A stretch of DNA of 55,303 nucleotides from a virus (taxonomy: Duplodnaviria; Caudoviricetes), in IMG/VR virus record IMGVR_UViG_3300049440_000066, positions 1 to 55,303 of that record, one strand, 5' to 3'. Under the pieces are notes generated by a model. It searched no databases, was not told the DNA's origin, and saw nothing but the letters and a program-made list of their open reading frames with translations. The translations under genes were made by a program, and so were the position numbers. Numbering within the stretch: the first letter of the stretch is position 1; each line of letters begins with the position of its first letter. Shown here in pieces: positions 35,581 to 43,917 of the stretch.

Positions 35581-35888
35581 GGCGTCAGTCTCCGAATTAC
35601 GTCTTCCAAAGAAAAGCACAAGAGATACACTCCCCCGGCCCGCGTGAACTCGACCTCAAATTCTTTCTGTACCTGGGATTGGAAACCATTGTCAGCTTTT
35701 ACTTCAATCCCGAAAATATTCCCCGCGATCACGGCAAAAATATCAGGTCCGCCCTTTGGACCGAACTTCACAAAACGGCGCTTCCCTTTATAGGTTCCGA
35801 CCATCGCGCCAGAATTTGACCTCCATGCAAAAATCCTCTTATGTTTCAGCCAATCCAAGATTTGTTTTTGGATGGCGTGTTCTGACAG
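35577..35888 (-). CDS. VRR-NUC (PD-(D/E)xK) nuclease/resolvase; probable CTG start
   Basis: [20 protein letters not shown]...GG. Confidence 0.85.
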   Translation of the reverse strand: MSEHAIQKQILDWLKHKRIFAWRSNSGAMVGTYKGKRRFVKFGPKGGPDIFAVIAGNIFGIEVKADNGFQSQVQKEFEVEFTRAGGVYLLCFSLEDVIRRLTP

Positions 35889-36363
35889 ATTTAGGCCTCC
35901 GGTTTTTCGCCTGTGCGGAACGCGTGGCCCAGGTGCAATTGGAAGGTTCGTAGTTCCCATCGTTGTCGATCCTTTCAATGGTCAATCCGTCAGGACATTT
36001 CCCCATATCTTTTAAGAAGTTTTCAAAATTTAGCCAGGAATTGCAGACGCGTATTCCTCTACCTCCATAATAGGGATAGGCTTGACTATTTGATTTGGTG
36101 CAACGCTCAACAAGATTTCGCCATGATGCATACGTTCTGGACGAACGACCTCCGACCGTATGGCCATGCTTAACGTGAATACCCTTTCTGTTGCATCCAC
36201 AGCTTTTTGTATTTCCACTTAGCAAACGGGCCGCCCGCACTATTGTTAGATTCCCGCAACTGCAAGAGCAAAGCCACATTGCACGCTTGCCTAATATCGG
36301 CCATCTTGGTGTCAGCTTGCCAATTGTTCTGTTTGTTAGGTCTTGTCTGTCCCCGAAGCGCAT
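35839..36363 (-). CDS. HNH homing endonuclease
   Basis: [42 protein letters not shown]. Confidence 0.9.
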   Translation of the reverse strand: MRFGDRQDLTNRTIGKLTPRWPILGKRAMWLCSCSCGNLTIVRAARLLSGNTKSCGCNRKGIHVKHGHTVGGRSSRTYASWRNLVERCTKSNSQAYPYYGGRGIRVCNSWLNFENFLKDMGKCPDGLTIERIDNDGNYEPSNCTWATRSAQAKNRRPKSVRTRHPKTNLGLAET

Positions 36364-36720
36364 TCATCCGACCTTCCCCGACATGACGTGGACGTGCTTC
36401 AGCCGATGAAACTCTGGGCAGACCCATCTGAGGTTGTGACGGCACCAACATCGGTCGTCAGTGCCTCCCCCCACGACATGATCCATATGTCCATTCCATC
36501 CGACAAGATGAGCAACTTCGCAACCGATGCACATGCCCCGGTCACGGTCGTAGATTTCCTGCCTTCGATTTCTAGCATCGTCTCCAAATAGGTATTCATG
36601 TCCGGCATTGGTCCAGTAGCTCCGCTTGTCGAGGAAGTGCGCCTCTTCGGTTTTGGTCCGATCCACGTTATGTGCTTTTCGGGTCAACGGGCTTCTCCGA
36701 CAATCGGGCATAGATCGCAT
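36364..36720 (-). CDS. HNH endonuclease-like protein (start uncertain)
   Basis: RDRGMCIGC...MDHV...NLRWVC..FH..KH. Confidence 0.7.
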   Translation of the reverse strand: MRSMPDCRRSPLTRKAHNVDRTKTEEAHFLDKRSYWTNAGHEYLFGDDARNRRQEIYDRDRGMCIGCEVAHLVGWNGHMDHVVGGGTDDRCWCRHNLRWVCPEFHRLKHVHVMSGKVG

Positions 36721-36955
36721 CGAACTCGGGATTCGTTTGCAGCCATGCCTCTTCCTGCTGAAGAATCCTTATCTCCCGAGCCATTGTCTGCACTGTCAGT
36801 TCCAGTTGGCGCAGTTCCGTCTCCTTCCTCTGGCGTTCAGCCCTCATGCGCTCGACGAGATAGCGGCTTCGGACAGGCTCTTTCATCGCTTCGAGCTTCG
36901 ACGCTACTTCACCGACGATCGGCGGGGGCGCATTCTTTCTCTTGTCTCCGAACAT
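36668..36955 (-). CDS. Coiled-coil hypothetical protein
   Basis: SD GAGG; helical. Confidence 0.55.
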   Translation of the reverse strand: MFGDKRKNAPPPIVGEVASKLEAMKEPVRSRYLVERMRAERQRKETELRQLELTVQTMAREIRILQQEEAWLQTNPEFDAIYARLSEKPVDPKST

Positions 36956-37262
36956 TCGATTCCTCACTTTCAATCTCCGGCGGATTCGATGCGTACAGGT
37001 CTTTATAGAAAATCCTCAACGAATAAATGGCTTCGAGATGGAGCCGAAATACGTGAGATTCGAGATACTTGCCACTGATTGTTTTAGCTGCCGCTTGGAA
37101 ATTTCTGTGGCTCTCATCCCCGCAAGTGAAGATTGAATGCATTGTTAAGCAGCGACCGCAAGATAGAAACTCAAAGGGAAATCTGCCGCTACGCCATCGC
37201 TCATACAATTCCGAATCATTGAGCTTATTCAGTTCTTCGAGAGAAATAAACTGGTCGGACAT
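36909..37262 (-). CDS. Hypothetical protein
   Basis: SD GGAGG; coupled. Confidence 0.55.
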   Translation of the reverse strand: MSDQFISLEELNKLNDSELYERWRSGRFPFEFLSCGRCLTMHSIFTCGDESHRNFQAAAKTISGKYLESHVFRLHLEAIYSLRIFYKDLYASNPPEIESEESNVRRQEKECAPADRR

Positions 37263-37516
37263 TAGAAATTCCTCCATTCCTCGTCGGTCATTTGCCGGAA
37301 ATGCTGCAACATGCACTCGTACAGGGCAGTGAACGCAGCGCAAGACTCGGATGAGTTCTTCTTTTCGAGCGTGTCAATGTCGGGAATCGCAATGCCTTTC
37401 TTAGCCGCCAGTTCCAGTTCAAACTCTTTCCAGCCCTGATATATCGAAAGCCCTATCGGACGGTAAAGAATGCGCCAGTCCGTAGCCTCAGGGGTCTTGG
37501 GAGTCGATTCGGTCAT
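37262..37516 (-). CDS. Hypothetical protein
   Basis: SD GGAG; coupled. Confidence 0.6.
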   Translation of the reverse strand: MTESTPKTPEATDWRILYRPIGLSIYQGWKEFELELAAKKGIAIPDIDTLEKKNSSESCAAFTALYECMLQHFRQMTDEEWRNF

Positions 37517-37518
37517 CG

Positions 37519-37788
37519 TTAATCTCCAGAGTGGCCTTCCGTGTGGCGTTTGAAGGCAGAACTGGGGGCTTTACGAGGCTTCCCCAATGCCGCTAGACTC
37601 CGAAAACTAACCGATTTGATCGGAACATCCCAATACCAGGCTTGTCGACCACTCTTTCGATTCTGTAAACCGTACCTTTTCACCATCTTACGTGCCATCG
37701 AAGGCCAACTTGACACACAAATATGAGCCATTTGGTCGACCTGATCGAGCCGCACAATGACCTCGGCTTCTTCTTTTCGGCCATTCAT
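37519..37788 (-). CDS. Hypothetical protein
   Basis: Coupled to the RHH-like gene. Confidence 0.6.
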   Translation of the reverse strand: MNGRKEEAEVIVRLDQVDQMAHICVSSWPSMARKMVKRYGLQNRKSGRQAWYWDVPIKSVSFRSLAALGKPRKAPSSAFKRHTEGHSGD

Positions 37789-37985
37789 GCTTTCTTTCCT
37801 TTCGGCTTCGGCTCGCAATTTTCGGCAATCCGGGCCTGCGCTCGTTTCACGTCCCCGGTTCGGCGAAGTAGAACGCGGATCACGAAGCTAACCGACACCA
37901 TGTCCCTTTCGGCAAGCCACTCCAGAGCATTCTTCAGGCTCGGCTCGACGGCCACATGAATGACTTCGCTCATTTGTTCAGGCAT
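37785..37985 (-). CDS. Ribbon-helix-helix-like regulator
   Basis: VIHVAVEPSLKNALEWLAERDMVSVSFVIR. Confidence 0.65.
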   Translation of the reverse strand: MPEQMSEVIHVAVEPSLKNALEWLAERDMVSVSFVIRVLLRRTGDVKRAQARIAENCEPKPKGKKA

Positions 37986-37991
37986 GATCGG

Positions 37992-38020
37992 CTTGTATCA
38001 CTTTCATCAAAAACTGTCAA
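37992..38020 (-). promoter_or_regulatory. Promoter TTGACA-17-TACAAG, leaderless to ATG 37985
   Basis: Perfect -35, extended TG, ATG 6 nt after the -10. Confidence 0.6.
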
Positions 38021-38235
38021 GACCTCTTTCCGAAATACAGCGTGCCGCACCTCGGGCAACTGGCCGGGAGAAATGCGGCAGTGAGGACTTTCGGGCACGT
38101 GGGATTCGGGCAATGGAAACGCTCTCCCTCAAAGAATGGTCCCGTGCTGCCCTCGCGCATTGCTGCATTTCTGTCCCGGCCTCGATCTTCGGCCCGCAAT
38201 GTCCACAGGAAGCCGCTTGTGTCCGAACGCTTCAT
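38017..38235 (-). CDS. Small Zn-ribbon protein
   Basis: CPNPTC...CPRC. Confidence 0.55.
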   Translation of the reverse strand: MKRSDTSGFLWTLRAEDRGRDRNAAMREGSTGPFFEGERFHCPNPTCPKVLTAAFLPASCPRCGTLYFGKRS

Positions 38236-38360
38236 GGCCACACTCGATCAAGCCATCGCCAAATATGAATCACGATTGGTCCAGCTAGCCCAAAAAGAAA
38301 CAGCATTGACAGCATTACACCGAAAATCCCGAAAAAGCTGACTTTGTACTCTTCGCTCAT
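38232..38360 (-). CDS. 42-aa single-TM peptide
   Basis: MSEEYKVSFFGIFGVMLSMLFLFGLAGPIVIHIW...; SD GAGGA; not in the ORF track. Confidence 0.6.
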   Translation of the reverse strand: MSEEYKVSFFGIFGVMLSMLFLFGLAGPIVIHIWRWLDRVWP

Positions 38361-38385
38361 CGACTAGTTCCTCGCTTCTGAAATC

Positions 38386-38691
38386 TCATGGCCGAGTATG
38401 CCTTTTGGCTCTTTCTCGAAGCACTTCAATCGGCTGCGCTGCCATTCTTTCATTGCTTCGAGTATTGTTGCATTTCTTACAAGCCGCTACTCGCCGACGT
38501 TCACCTGGATGCTTGCCCCTTGTCGGCTCCCATCGGTCATCCAAATGGTCGAGCGTTGCGCGATTGTCGGGATCAGAGACGTGCCGCAGTTCCGTGCGAA
38601 TCAGGATCATTTCGACCTTGCACCAATGACATAGGCCGCCTTGTCTGGTAAACAGACGGTCAATCTGTCCGGGATGTCCACTACGTGTCAT
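38386..38691 (-). CDS. HNH endonuclease
   Basis: QGGLCHWC...ATLDHL...VAACKKCN. Confidence 0.8.
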   Translation of the reverse strand: MTRSGHPGQIDRLFTRQGGLCHWCKVEMILIRTELRHVSDPDNRATLDHLDDRWEPTRGKHPGERRRVAACKKCNNTRSNERMAAQPIEVLRERAKRHTRP

Positions 38692-38716
38692 CGACTCGCT
38701 CCTGTATCCGAACGCT

Positions 38717-38890
38717 TCATGGCCGGGGCCAGTTCCGAAGTTCGGCAATCAGCTCTGGCCTTAGAATCTCATCGAGTTTCTGGGCAATGCTCAGGAATTG
38801 CATCTCGACGCTCCATGCCACCGTTAATCTGGCGGCTGCGAATGCCATATCCCTTGCTTCGGTGATTATTTTCAGTTCTTCGGCATTCAT
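38717..38890 (-). CDS. Hypothetical protein
   Basis: SD AGGAG; follows a cassette repeat. Confidence 0.6.
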   Translation of the reverse strand: MNAEELKIITEARDMAFAAARLTVAWSVEMQFLSIAQKLDEILRPELIAELRNWPRP

Positions 38891-38958
38891 CGACTCGCTC
38901 CTCAGTGCGTCACCGGGCCTTGCCATCGACGCAAGAGAACTGCGTCAAATTGGTCGCT

Positions 38959-39282
38959 TCACATCCTTACTTTCGGCGCCATGTGCAGCAATTTTCCGAG
39001 CAATTGCCAAGATAGCTTGAAATTGCCAACGTCATTAGCCTCGATGACCCCACTAACTAAAGTACGAATGTGCTCACTGTCGGAATCGGAGATCGCATAC
39101 CAGTCTATCTTTGGATTGGCCTTCAGAATCGCATCTCTAAGCTGTTGTTCATTTGGAAAGTCATAACTCATCCCGACTTCGTGGCACAATGCCCCGCCAA
39201 CGCAATAATCATCGTAAGCCGCCCTGCTAGCGCAAGCTGGATGTGGATATTTCTTTTTTAGCTTTGTTACCGATACGCTCAT
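38959..39282 (-). CDS. Hypothetical cassette protein
   Basis: SD GGAGG; YCVGGAL. Confidence 0.7.
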   Translation of the reverse strand: MSVSVTKLKKKYPHPACASRAAYDDYCVGGALCHEVGMSYDFPNEQQLRDAILKANPKIDWYAISDSDSEHIRTLVSGVIEANDVGNFKLSWQLLGKLLHMAPKVRM

Positions 39283-39309
39283 TGCTCTTTCCTCCGAACG
39301 CTCAGTGCG

Positions 39310-39690
39310 TCACCTGCCAAAATCCGGCAATCCAAACACGGCTAGTATTCTTCGGCGACGAGCAGGAAGTACTCGGCGCTCGCGGATAATCCTAGCTTTA
39401 CTTGCTTGGAAACTCATGGTTGGATCATCGCAATCAGGATCAGGTTCTATCTCTCCGATTACTTCCACCTCGTAAACGCTAACTGTCCGATGAGGAGCCA
39501 TTGACGCAAACATCTCAGCAGCAGCGAAAAGCGAACTCAGATAGACCTTATCCGTCCGATGTGGATTTGGTCGAGCTTTCGATCCCATGCTTTTTATCGA
39601 ATCGGAGCAGGAATAGACTTTCGTCTCCTCTGGTGGAAGGATAAAACCGCACGCACTCAACCCTGCTGGACCTCCATGAAATAGTTTCAC
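39310..39690 (-). CDS. Arr-like ADP-ribosyltransferase-fold protein
   Basis: LFHGG...ILPP...KVY...A..FA...VYEVE..GEIEPDPD. Confidence 0.65.
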   Translation of the reverse strand: MKLFHGGPAGLSACGFILPPEETKVYSCSDSIKSMGSKARPNPHRTDKVYLSSLFAAAEMFASMAPHRTVSVYEVEVIGEIEPDPDCDDPTMSFQASKARIIRERRVLPARRRRILAVFGLPDFGR

Positions 39691-39738
39691 TAATCCGCTC
39701 CTCCAGTTTCAGTGCGTCACCGGCCCTTGCCCTACAGG

Positions 39739-40071
39739 TTACGTTCCCCATCCGACGCCGAGACCATCATCGGCCTGTTCTTGCTCTCGAAGCCATTTCT
39801 TGCATTCCTTTTCGTCGAACCGCTCGATTAATCGAATCAAGTTTTCCCGCGTTCCCGGTCCATTGGTGCAAATCAGGATGTCGTAATCCGCAGCATATTT
39901 GTGACAGGCAAGCGTAAAACTGACCTCGGCTGTCGTCAGGACTTCTGCTTCGATAGTGAGTCCCGCCTTCCGAATCTTTGCTAGTTTCGCACGCAATGAA
40001 TCAGGCACATCGACCGAGACTTCGCGTTGTCGGCCATCCGGCAACAGATATTGGGTGAGATGGATTTCCAT
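39739..40071 (-). CDS. Hypothetical cassette protein
   Basis: TQYLLPDGR...EAEVL...VSFT...NGP. Confidence 0.7.
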   Translation of the reverse strand: MEIHLTQYLLPDGRQREVSVDVPDSLRAKLAKIRKAGLTIEAEVLTTAEVSFTLACHKYAADYDILICTNGPGTRENLIRLIERFDEKECKKWLREQEQADDGLGVGWGT

Positions 40072-40085
40072 TTTGGTCCTTTCGC

Positions 40086-40367
40086 TCAGTGCGTCACCGG
40101 GCCTTGGCCTGCACGGAGTTCCTTCCGAAGTTCGTCATCTCTTTGCCCGCTTCGGCCCTGGTGCACCGGGAATAGCCCTTGATACCCGCAAAGGATCGAC
40201 TGCTCAAGCACGTCTGCCGGATGGTCGCCTGTTGCCCGGTAAATCTCCAGCAACTTCTTGACCGCCAGCTTTCGGGCATAGTCGGTGAGCGGCTTCCGCA
40301 TCTTCTTGCGCGACTCTTCCCATCCGTTCCAGATTTCTTTGTCGATCCATTTCGGCAATTCGATCAT
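40086..40367 (-). CDS. Stand-alone phage replication-initiator C-terminal-like domain
   Basis: LPKWI..EIW..W...RK..RKPLT..A..L...L...VLEQSI..GYQGLF. Confidence 0.65.
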   Translation of the reverse strand: MIELPKWIDKEIWNGWEESRKKMRKPLTDYARKLAVKKLLEIYRATGDHPADVLEQSILCGYQGLFPVHQGRSGQRDDELRKELRAGQGPVTH

Positions 40368-40368
40368 T

Positions 40369-41184
40369 TTATCTCTCGCAAAGATTATAGATGCTCATGC
40401 ACTTCTTGGATTCTTCCCAAGGCAATTCAGCAAGAGTTTTCATATCTAAGTATGTGAACACATCTTCCGAAGTCGGGAAACTCTTCCCGCTTTTCACGTC
40501 GAAGCCTGTTTGGAATCGCTTAGGGATGTAATTCGGTGGAAAGAACGATCTGCCGCAGATTTCCTCAAGTCTTCGCACGCGACGCTTGAAGTCAGGACCG
40601 AGGATCGGATCGAGCAGGAATGCCTTCGCCTCACGATGGTTAATCAGCACGCAAGGAAAGCATCCCACGCGCCCGGCATTCATAAGATAAAGTGGATTCG
40701 GTTTGACGCCGTGTTTATGAGCGATTGCGAACACTTGCTCAACATTCCAAAATGCAAGTGGATGATTCACCCAGCAGTCGTACCAATCGGACCATTCGCG
40801 CTCTTGTAATTGGCTGCGACTATCGCTTTCATCGCGCCTTTTACCGTCGTAAAGCTCAAACTCATCCTCCACAGTTTTCAGGAACTCGATCATGGGCTTA
40901 ACTTTTAATTCCTCTGTGCAAAAGCGTGCCTTCGCCGAAGGCACGCGATGCTTGATCTCGACGAGCTTCTCCATTCCCATCGAAGGCAACGCATGAAACT
41001 CGACTCCCCTGAGAAGACTTTCTTTCATTTCTGCCAAATACCCGTACATCAATTCGTGCTCCCAGATCGTGTCATTGAAAACCACAATCAATTCAGAAGG
41101 ATCGAACCTCTCTTTTGCCCAGCACACAAGCGCAGTTGAATCTTTGCCCGTGCTGTAACCAAGGATTCTTTTCACTTGAGACAC
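40369..41184 (-). CDS. PAPS reductase family protein
   Basis: STGKDS PP-loop, DT..EH, RFCTEELK..P, G.RRDES..R, NPLY...RVGCFPC. Confidence 0.88.
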   Translation of the reverse strand: MSQVKRILGYSTGKDSTALVCWAKERFDPSELIVVFNDTIWEHELMYGYLAEMKESLLRGVEFHALPSMGMEKLVEIKHRVPSAKARFCTEELKVKPMIEFLKTVEDEFELYDGKRRDESDSRSQLQEREWSDWYDCWVNHPLAFWNVEQVFAIAHKHGVKPNPLYLMNAGRVGCFPCVLINHREAKAFLLDPILGPDFKRRVRRLEEICGRSFFPPNYIPKRFQTGFDVKSGKSFPTSEDVFTYLDMKTLAELPWEESKKCMSIYNLCER

Positions 41185-41514
41185 ACCCCCGTCTTTTCTC
41201 CTGCATTTACTCTTAGCCCGGATTGAACACACCCACACCCTACGCTATATGCAGTCGCCTGTTGTGAGACGGGTAGCACAGAGCAGGACTTTTTTCTAGT
41301 TTCGGGAATGGGCACAACGTGACCTTTACTCGCAGAAGTAATGTCATCAAGGCTGGCATGGATTGTGACAAAAGGCCCTCCATACAAGGGTAAGGAAAAG
41401 GGCGATGTGTATGGCACCGCCCCTTGATCCTCTGGCACCGAGACTTGCATCCCGGCCCCATATTCAATTTCTCGGCGCAATCTACCGCGAGTCTCGTTAG
41501 GAGTCAAGAGTTTT

Positions 41515-41721
41515 CTAGACCTGATTTTCGGCAACATTCGCCATTGCCTTTTTAGCGAAGAAACACGCCTCTTCGAGTTTGGTCTTAACGATTGCCAATT
41601 CTCGGCCCTCTGGACAAATCAAACTCAATCCTCCGAGAAGAGCACTGAAATCTCCGGCAATCTGGACCGCTTTTCCTTTTCCTGTTTCGTTGAGCATGTG
41701 GACTTCAAATAATGGGTACAT
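41515..41721 (-). CDS. Acb2/Tad1-like helical-hairpin protein (putative signalling-nucleotide sponge)
   Basis: CPEGRELAIVKTKLEEACFFAKKAMA; SD AGGAG before ATG 41721. Confidence 0.6.
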   Translation of the reverse strand: MYPLFEVHMLNETGKGKAVQIAGDFSALLGGLSLICPEGRELAIVKTKLEEACFFAKKAMANVAENQV

Positions 41722-41804
41722 TTTTCTCCTTTTAGTTTTCGGCACAAAGCCGCTTGCGCCGTAATGATGCCGCATAAATTGTTCGCTCGTGGGACCGTAT
41801 CGAC

Positions 41805-42017
41805 TCATCGGCCTTTTTCTGATTCTTTAAGAACGACGCGATAGAACTCCACACTTTGTCGGAGCGTTCTGTCCATTACAGCAGATCGATTATCGGCCCA
41901 TGCACAGGCGCAATATATAAGATGAATTCGAGCAAATTCTAATTTCTTTTTTATGTCTACAACTTTTGCAAATGGTCTATCAGTTTGTGGATCATGCGCT
42001 CCATTAGATTCGCTCAT
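41805..42017 (-). CDS. Hypothetical protein
   Basis: Co-oriented ORF. Confidence 0.5.
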   Translation of the reverse strand: MSESNGAHDPQTDRPFAKVVDIKKKLEFARIHLIYCACAWADNRSAVMDRTLRQSVEFYRVVLKESEKGR

Positions 42018-42040
42018 ATCACGCTCGTTCCGCCTCCGGG

Positions 42041-42280
42041 CTAGTCTGCCAGGATTTGATGCTCGCACAAAGCCAGCCCCGGCATAATGTCGATAATTTC
42101 CCTGTCTTCCGGGTGAACCTCGAATTGTTTTTCACCGCAAAAGAAAGTTCCACATGGCCTTACTCTAACTATTTTCCCGCGTGCCTTTTCCGGGCGCCCA
42201 TCGCTTTTTGCGAACCAATAGCAATCAGGATTATTAGTGTGAGCGATTATCACCACCGGCTGCCATCCTTGTTCGTCCAT
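42041..42280 (-). CDS. Hypothetical protein
   Basis: Co-oriented ORF. Confidence 0.55.
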   Translation of the reverse strand: MDEQGWQPVVIIAHTNNPDCYWFAKSDGRPEKARGKIVRVRPCGTFFCGEKQFEVHPEDREIIDIMPGLALCEHQILAD

Positions 42281-42283
42281 TGG

Positions 42284-42496
42284 TTAGTCTTTCCCTTCGA
42301 GGATGGCCGAAAGCTCGTCGGCATACACAATCATCCGGCTCATTTCGTTTTTGTGATACTCGAAGTCAGCATTCCTTAGTATTTCCGCGTGTTCTCGCCA
42401 TTTTTCGGGCAGCGCAAACAGTTTCTCGAAAGAAGCCTGCACTTCCAGCGGCGCATGTTGACTCCACAGCCAGTCTTTGATGGAGGTTCGGCTCAT
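42284..42496 (-). CDS. Hypothetical protein
   Basis: Coupled to the ERF gene. Confidence 0.6.
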   Translation of the reverse strand: MSRTSIKDWLWSQHAPLEVQASFEKLFALPEKWREHAEILRNADFEYHKNEMSRMIVYADELSAILEGKD

Positions 42497-43263
42497 GGGT
42501 TAGCCGCTTTCTTAGCCGACTGCGCCCAATGCACCGGGACATTGGCCCGTTTGCACATATCCTCGAAGGCGAAGGCGTTTGCCGCCGGGATCGTGACCAC
42601 GTTGCCATCGAGCTTGAATCCAAGGCCTTTCAGTTCTTCGGCTTCGATCTCAGCCTTGACGACGGCTAGACCGCCACCCGAGACAGCGACAAATCCTTCT
42701 TTCCATTCAGTCAGGGCCACGGCGTCATCGCCTTTCTTAGCTGCTGCTTTTCGGAGTTTGTCTCCAGCTACAGCGTTGGCCTCTTGTTTCGATCCCACTC
42801 CCGATGCTTTATTGCCGTCGTCATCCTCTTGGGCCACATTCGTCATGGCAGCAAGGCTATAGCGTCGAGCGTAGGTGACAGCCGATCCGACCGATTGAGC
42901 GTCGAAGCGTTCACGCATCATGGCCGGAAGAGTCAAGTCGGAAGCCATCCACTCGCCGGAAGTATGGGCCAGCATGGTCGTGACTGTAAGCATCTTGGCT
43001 TCATCGGAGCCGAACTGAGCGTGTGGCATTTGAATGACGGCCACGCCCTCGGCGGCAAGGTGTTTGCGCGTGGCTTCAATGATGGTGGGCAGGTCGGCAT
43101 ATTTAGACCTATAAGCCGGATTGTCGGCATCTTTGAGCACCGGATCGAACTTGAGAGAGGCTTTTGCAATCGCTTCGACCAGTTTGCCGATGGTCGGAGA
43201 CATGCTCCAACTCATTTTCGGCACTTCGGCCTGTTCTTTTAAAGCAGGTTCGGGAGTGCTCAT
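42493..43263 (-). CDS. erf: ERF-family single-strand annealing protein
   Basis: NP...SKYADL, H.SGEW, AQSVGSAVTYARRYSL, EDDDGN. Confidence 0.92.
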   Translation of the reverse strand: MSTPEPALKEQAEVPKMSWSMSPTIGKLVEAIAKASLKFDPVLKDADNPAYRSKYADLPTIIEATRKHLAAEGVAVIQMPHAQFGSDEAKMLTVTTMLAHTSGEWMASDLTLPAMMRERFDAQSVGSAVTYARRYSLAAMTNVAQEDDDGNKASGVGSKQEANAVAGDKLRKAAAKKGDDAVALTEWKEGFVAVSGGGLAVVKAEIEAEELKGLGFKLDGNVVTIPAANAFAFEDMCKRANVPVHWAQSAKKAANP

Positions 43264-43529
43264 CGAGGCTCCGTTTCCACGTCAGCTACAGTATTAAATG
43301 AAACCTTAGTTTTTCGTTTAGAGAGAGGCTTTTTAAGGATTTTCTTCGGATCATGGTGCGCTTTCATCCATTTTGTCAAAATCGGCGTTGCTTCACTTAG
43401 GCTTAACCCGAAGGCTTCTCGCAGATAAGTTCCCGCGCCGAACATATTCGTATCCCCGGACTGCCGCAAATCTTCAAGGAAATCGAACATTTCTTGCTCC
43501 CTAGCATTGTCACCTTTGATGTAGCTCAT
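43260..43529 (-). CDS. Conserved phage hypothetical protein
   Basis: FLEDLRQSG.TNMFGA..YL...FGL...A..IL..WM. Confidence 0.75.
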   Translation of the reverse strand: MSYIKGDNAREQEMFDFLEDLRQSGDTNMFGAGTYLREAFGLSLSEATPILTKWMKAHHDPKKILKKPLSKRKTKVSFNTVADVETEPR

Positions 43530-43717
43530 TTTCCCTCTCTTTCAGCTTTTCGGAGATAGTCGGCTCGGTCGGCCATCCGGTCGAAAAACTCATCTGTAGC
43601 CTTGCGGTACATTTCGTATTGCACGTCATTGGGCAAGTCCCAATACTCCACAATGCGACCGAACTTTTCATGCACCATTTCCTCGAAGATGGCCTGAATT
43701 TCATCTTTGTAGCTCAT
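43526..43717 (-). CDS. Hypothetical protein
   Basis: Coupled. Confidence 0.65.
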   Translation of the reverse strand: MSYKDEIQAIFEEMVHEKFGRIVEYWDLPNDVQYEMYRKATDEFFDRMADRADYLRKAEREGK

Positions 43718-43917
43718 AAGCCCTCATTCTCGGCGCTCAGAATATCCGAGGCGTCCTCCGGTTCGTAATGGCTCGTTTGCGAATAGTCATTGACATATCC
43801 GATGAGACATTGATTCGTAGAACTGTGATTGCTCCAAGATTCGCCGCAATTCCGGCAAGGTGGATGCACATCCGACACCCCGGAGCGTTCCTGCAATTCT
43901 TCATCGGGAGTGAGCAT
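43714..43917 (-). CDS. Small acidic Zn-binding protein
   Basis: CRNC...H...C; SD GGAGG. Confidence 0.55.
   Translation of the reverse strand: MLTPDEELQERSGVSDVHPPCRNCGESWSNHSSTNQCLIGYVNDYSQTSHYEPEDASDILSAENEGL

Larger units (their letters stand above)
38901..40106 (-). repeat. Four dispersed junction repeats, consensus CAAGG(C/G)CCGGTGACGCACTGA (minus strand)
   Basis: Copies at 38901-38922, 39301-39314 (partial), 39709-39730 and 40085-40106, each upstream of an SD. Confidence 0.9.

Noticed and set aside
39310-39690. A true rifampin-resistance gene (arr)
   Set aside because: Only fold-level motifs match and the sequence is too divergent to assign the symbol.
38901-40106. Junction repeats as a CRISPR array or integron attC sites
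   Set aside because: The intervening segments are whole genes of about 400 bp, the repeats lack attC palindromic structure, and there are no cas or integrase genes.
40369-41184. PAPS-reductase gene as a Dnd phosphorothioation system or sulfate-assimilation gene
   Set aside because: No other dnd or cys genes are present, and stand-alone members are common in phages.
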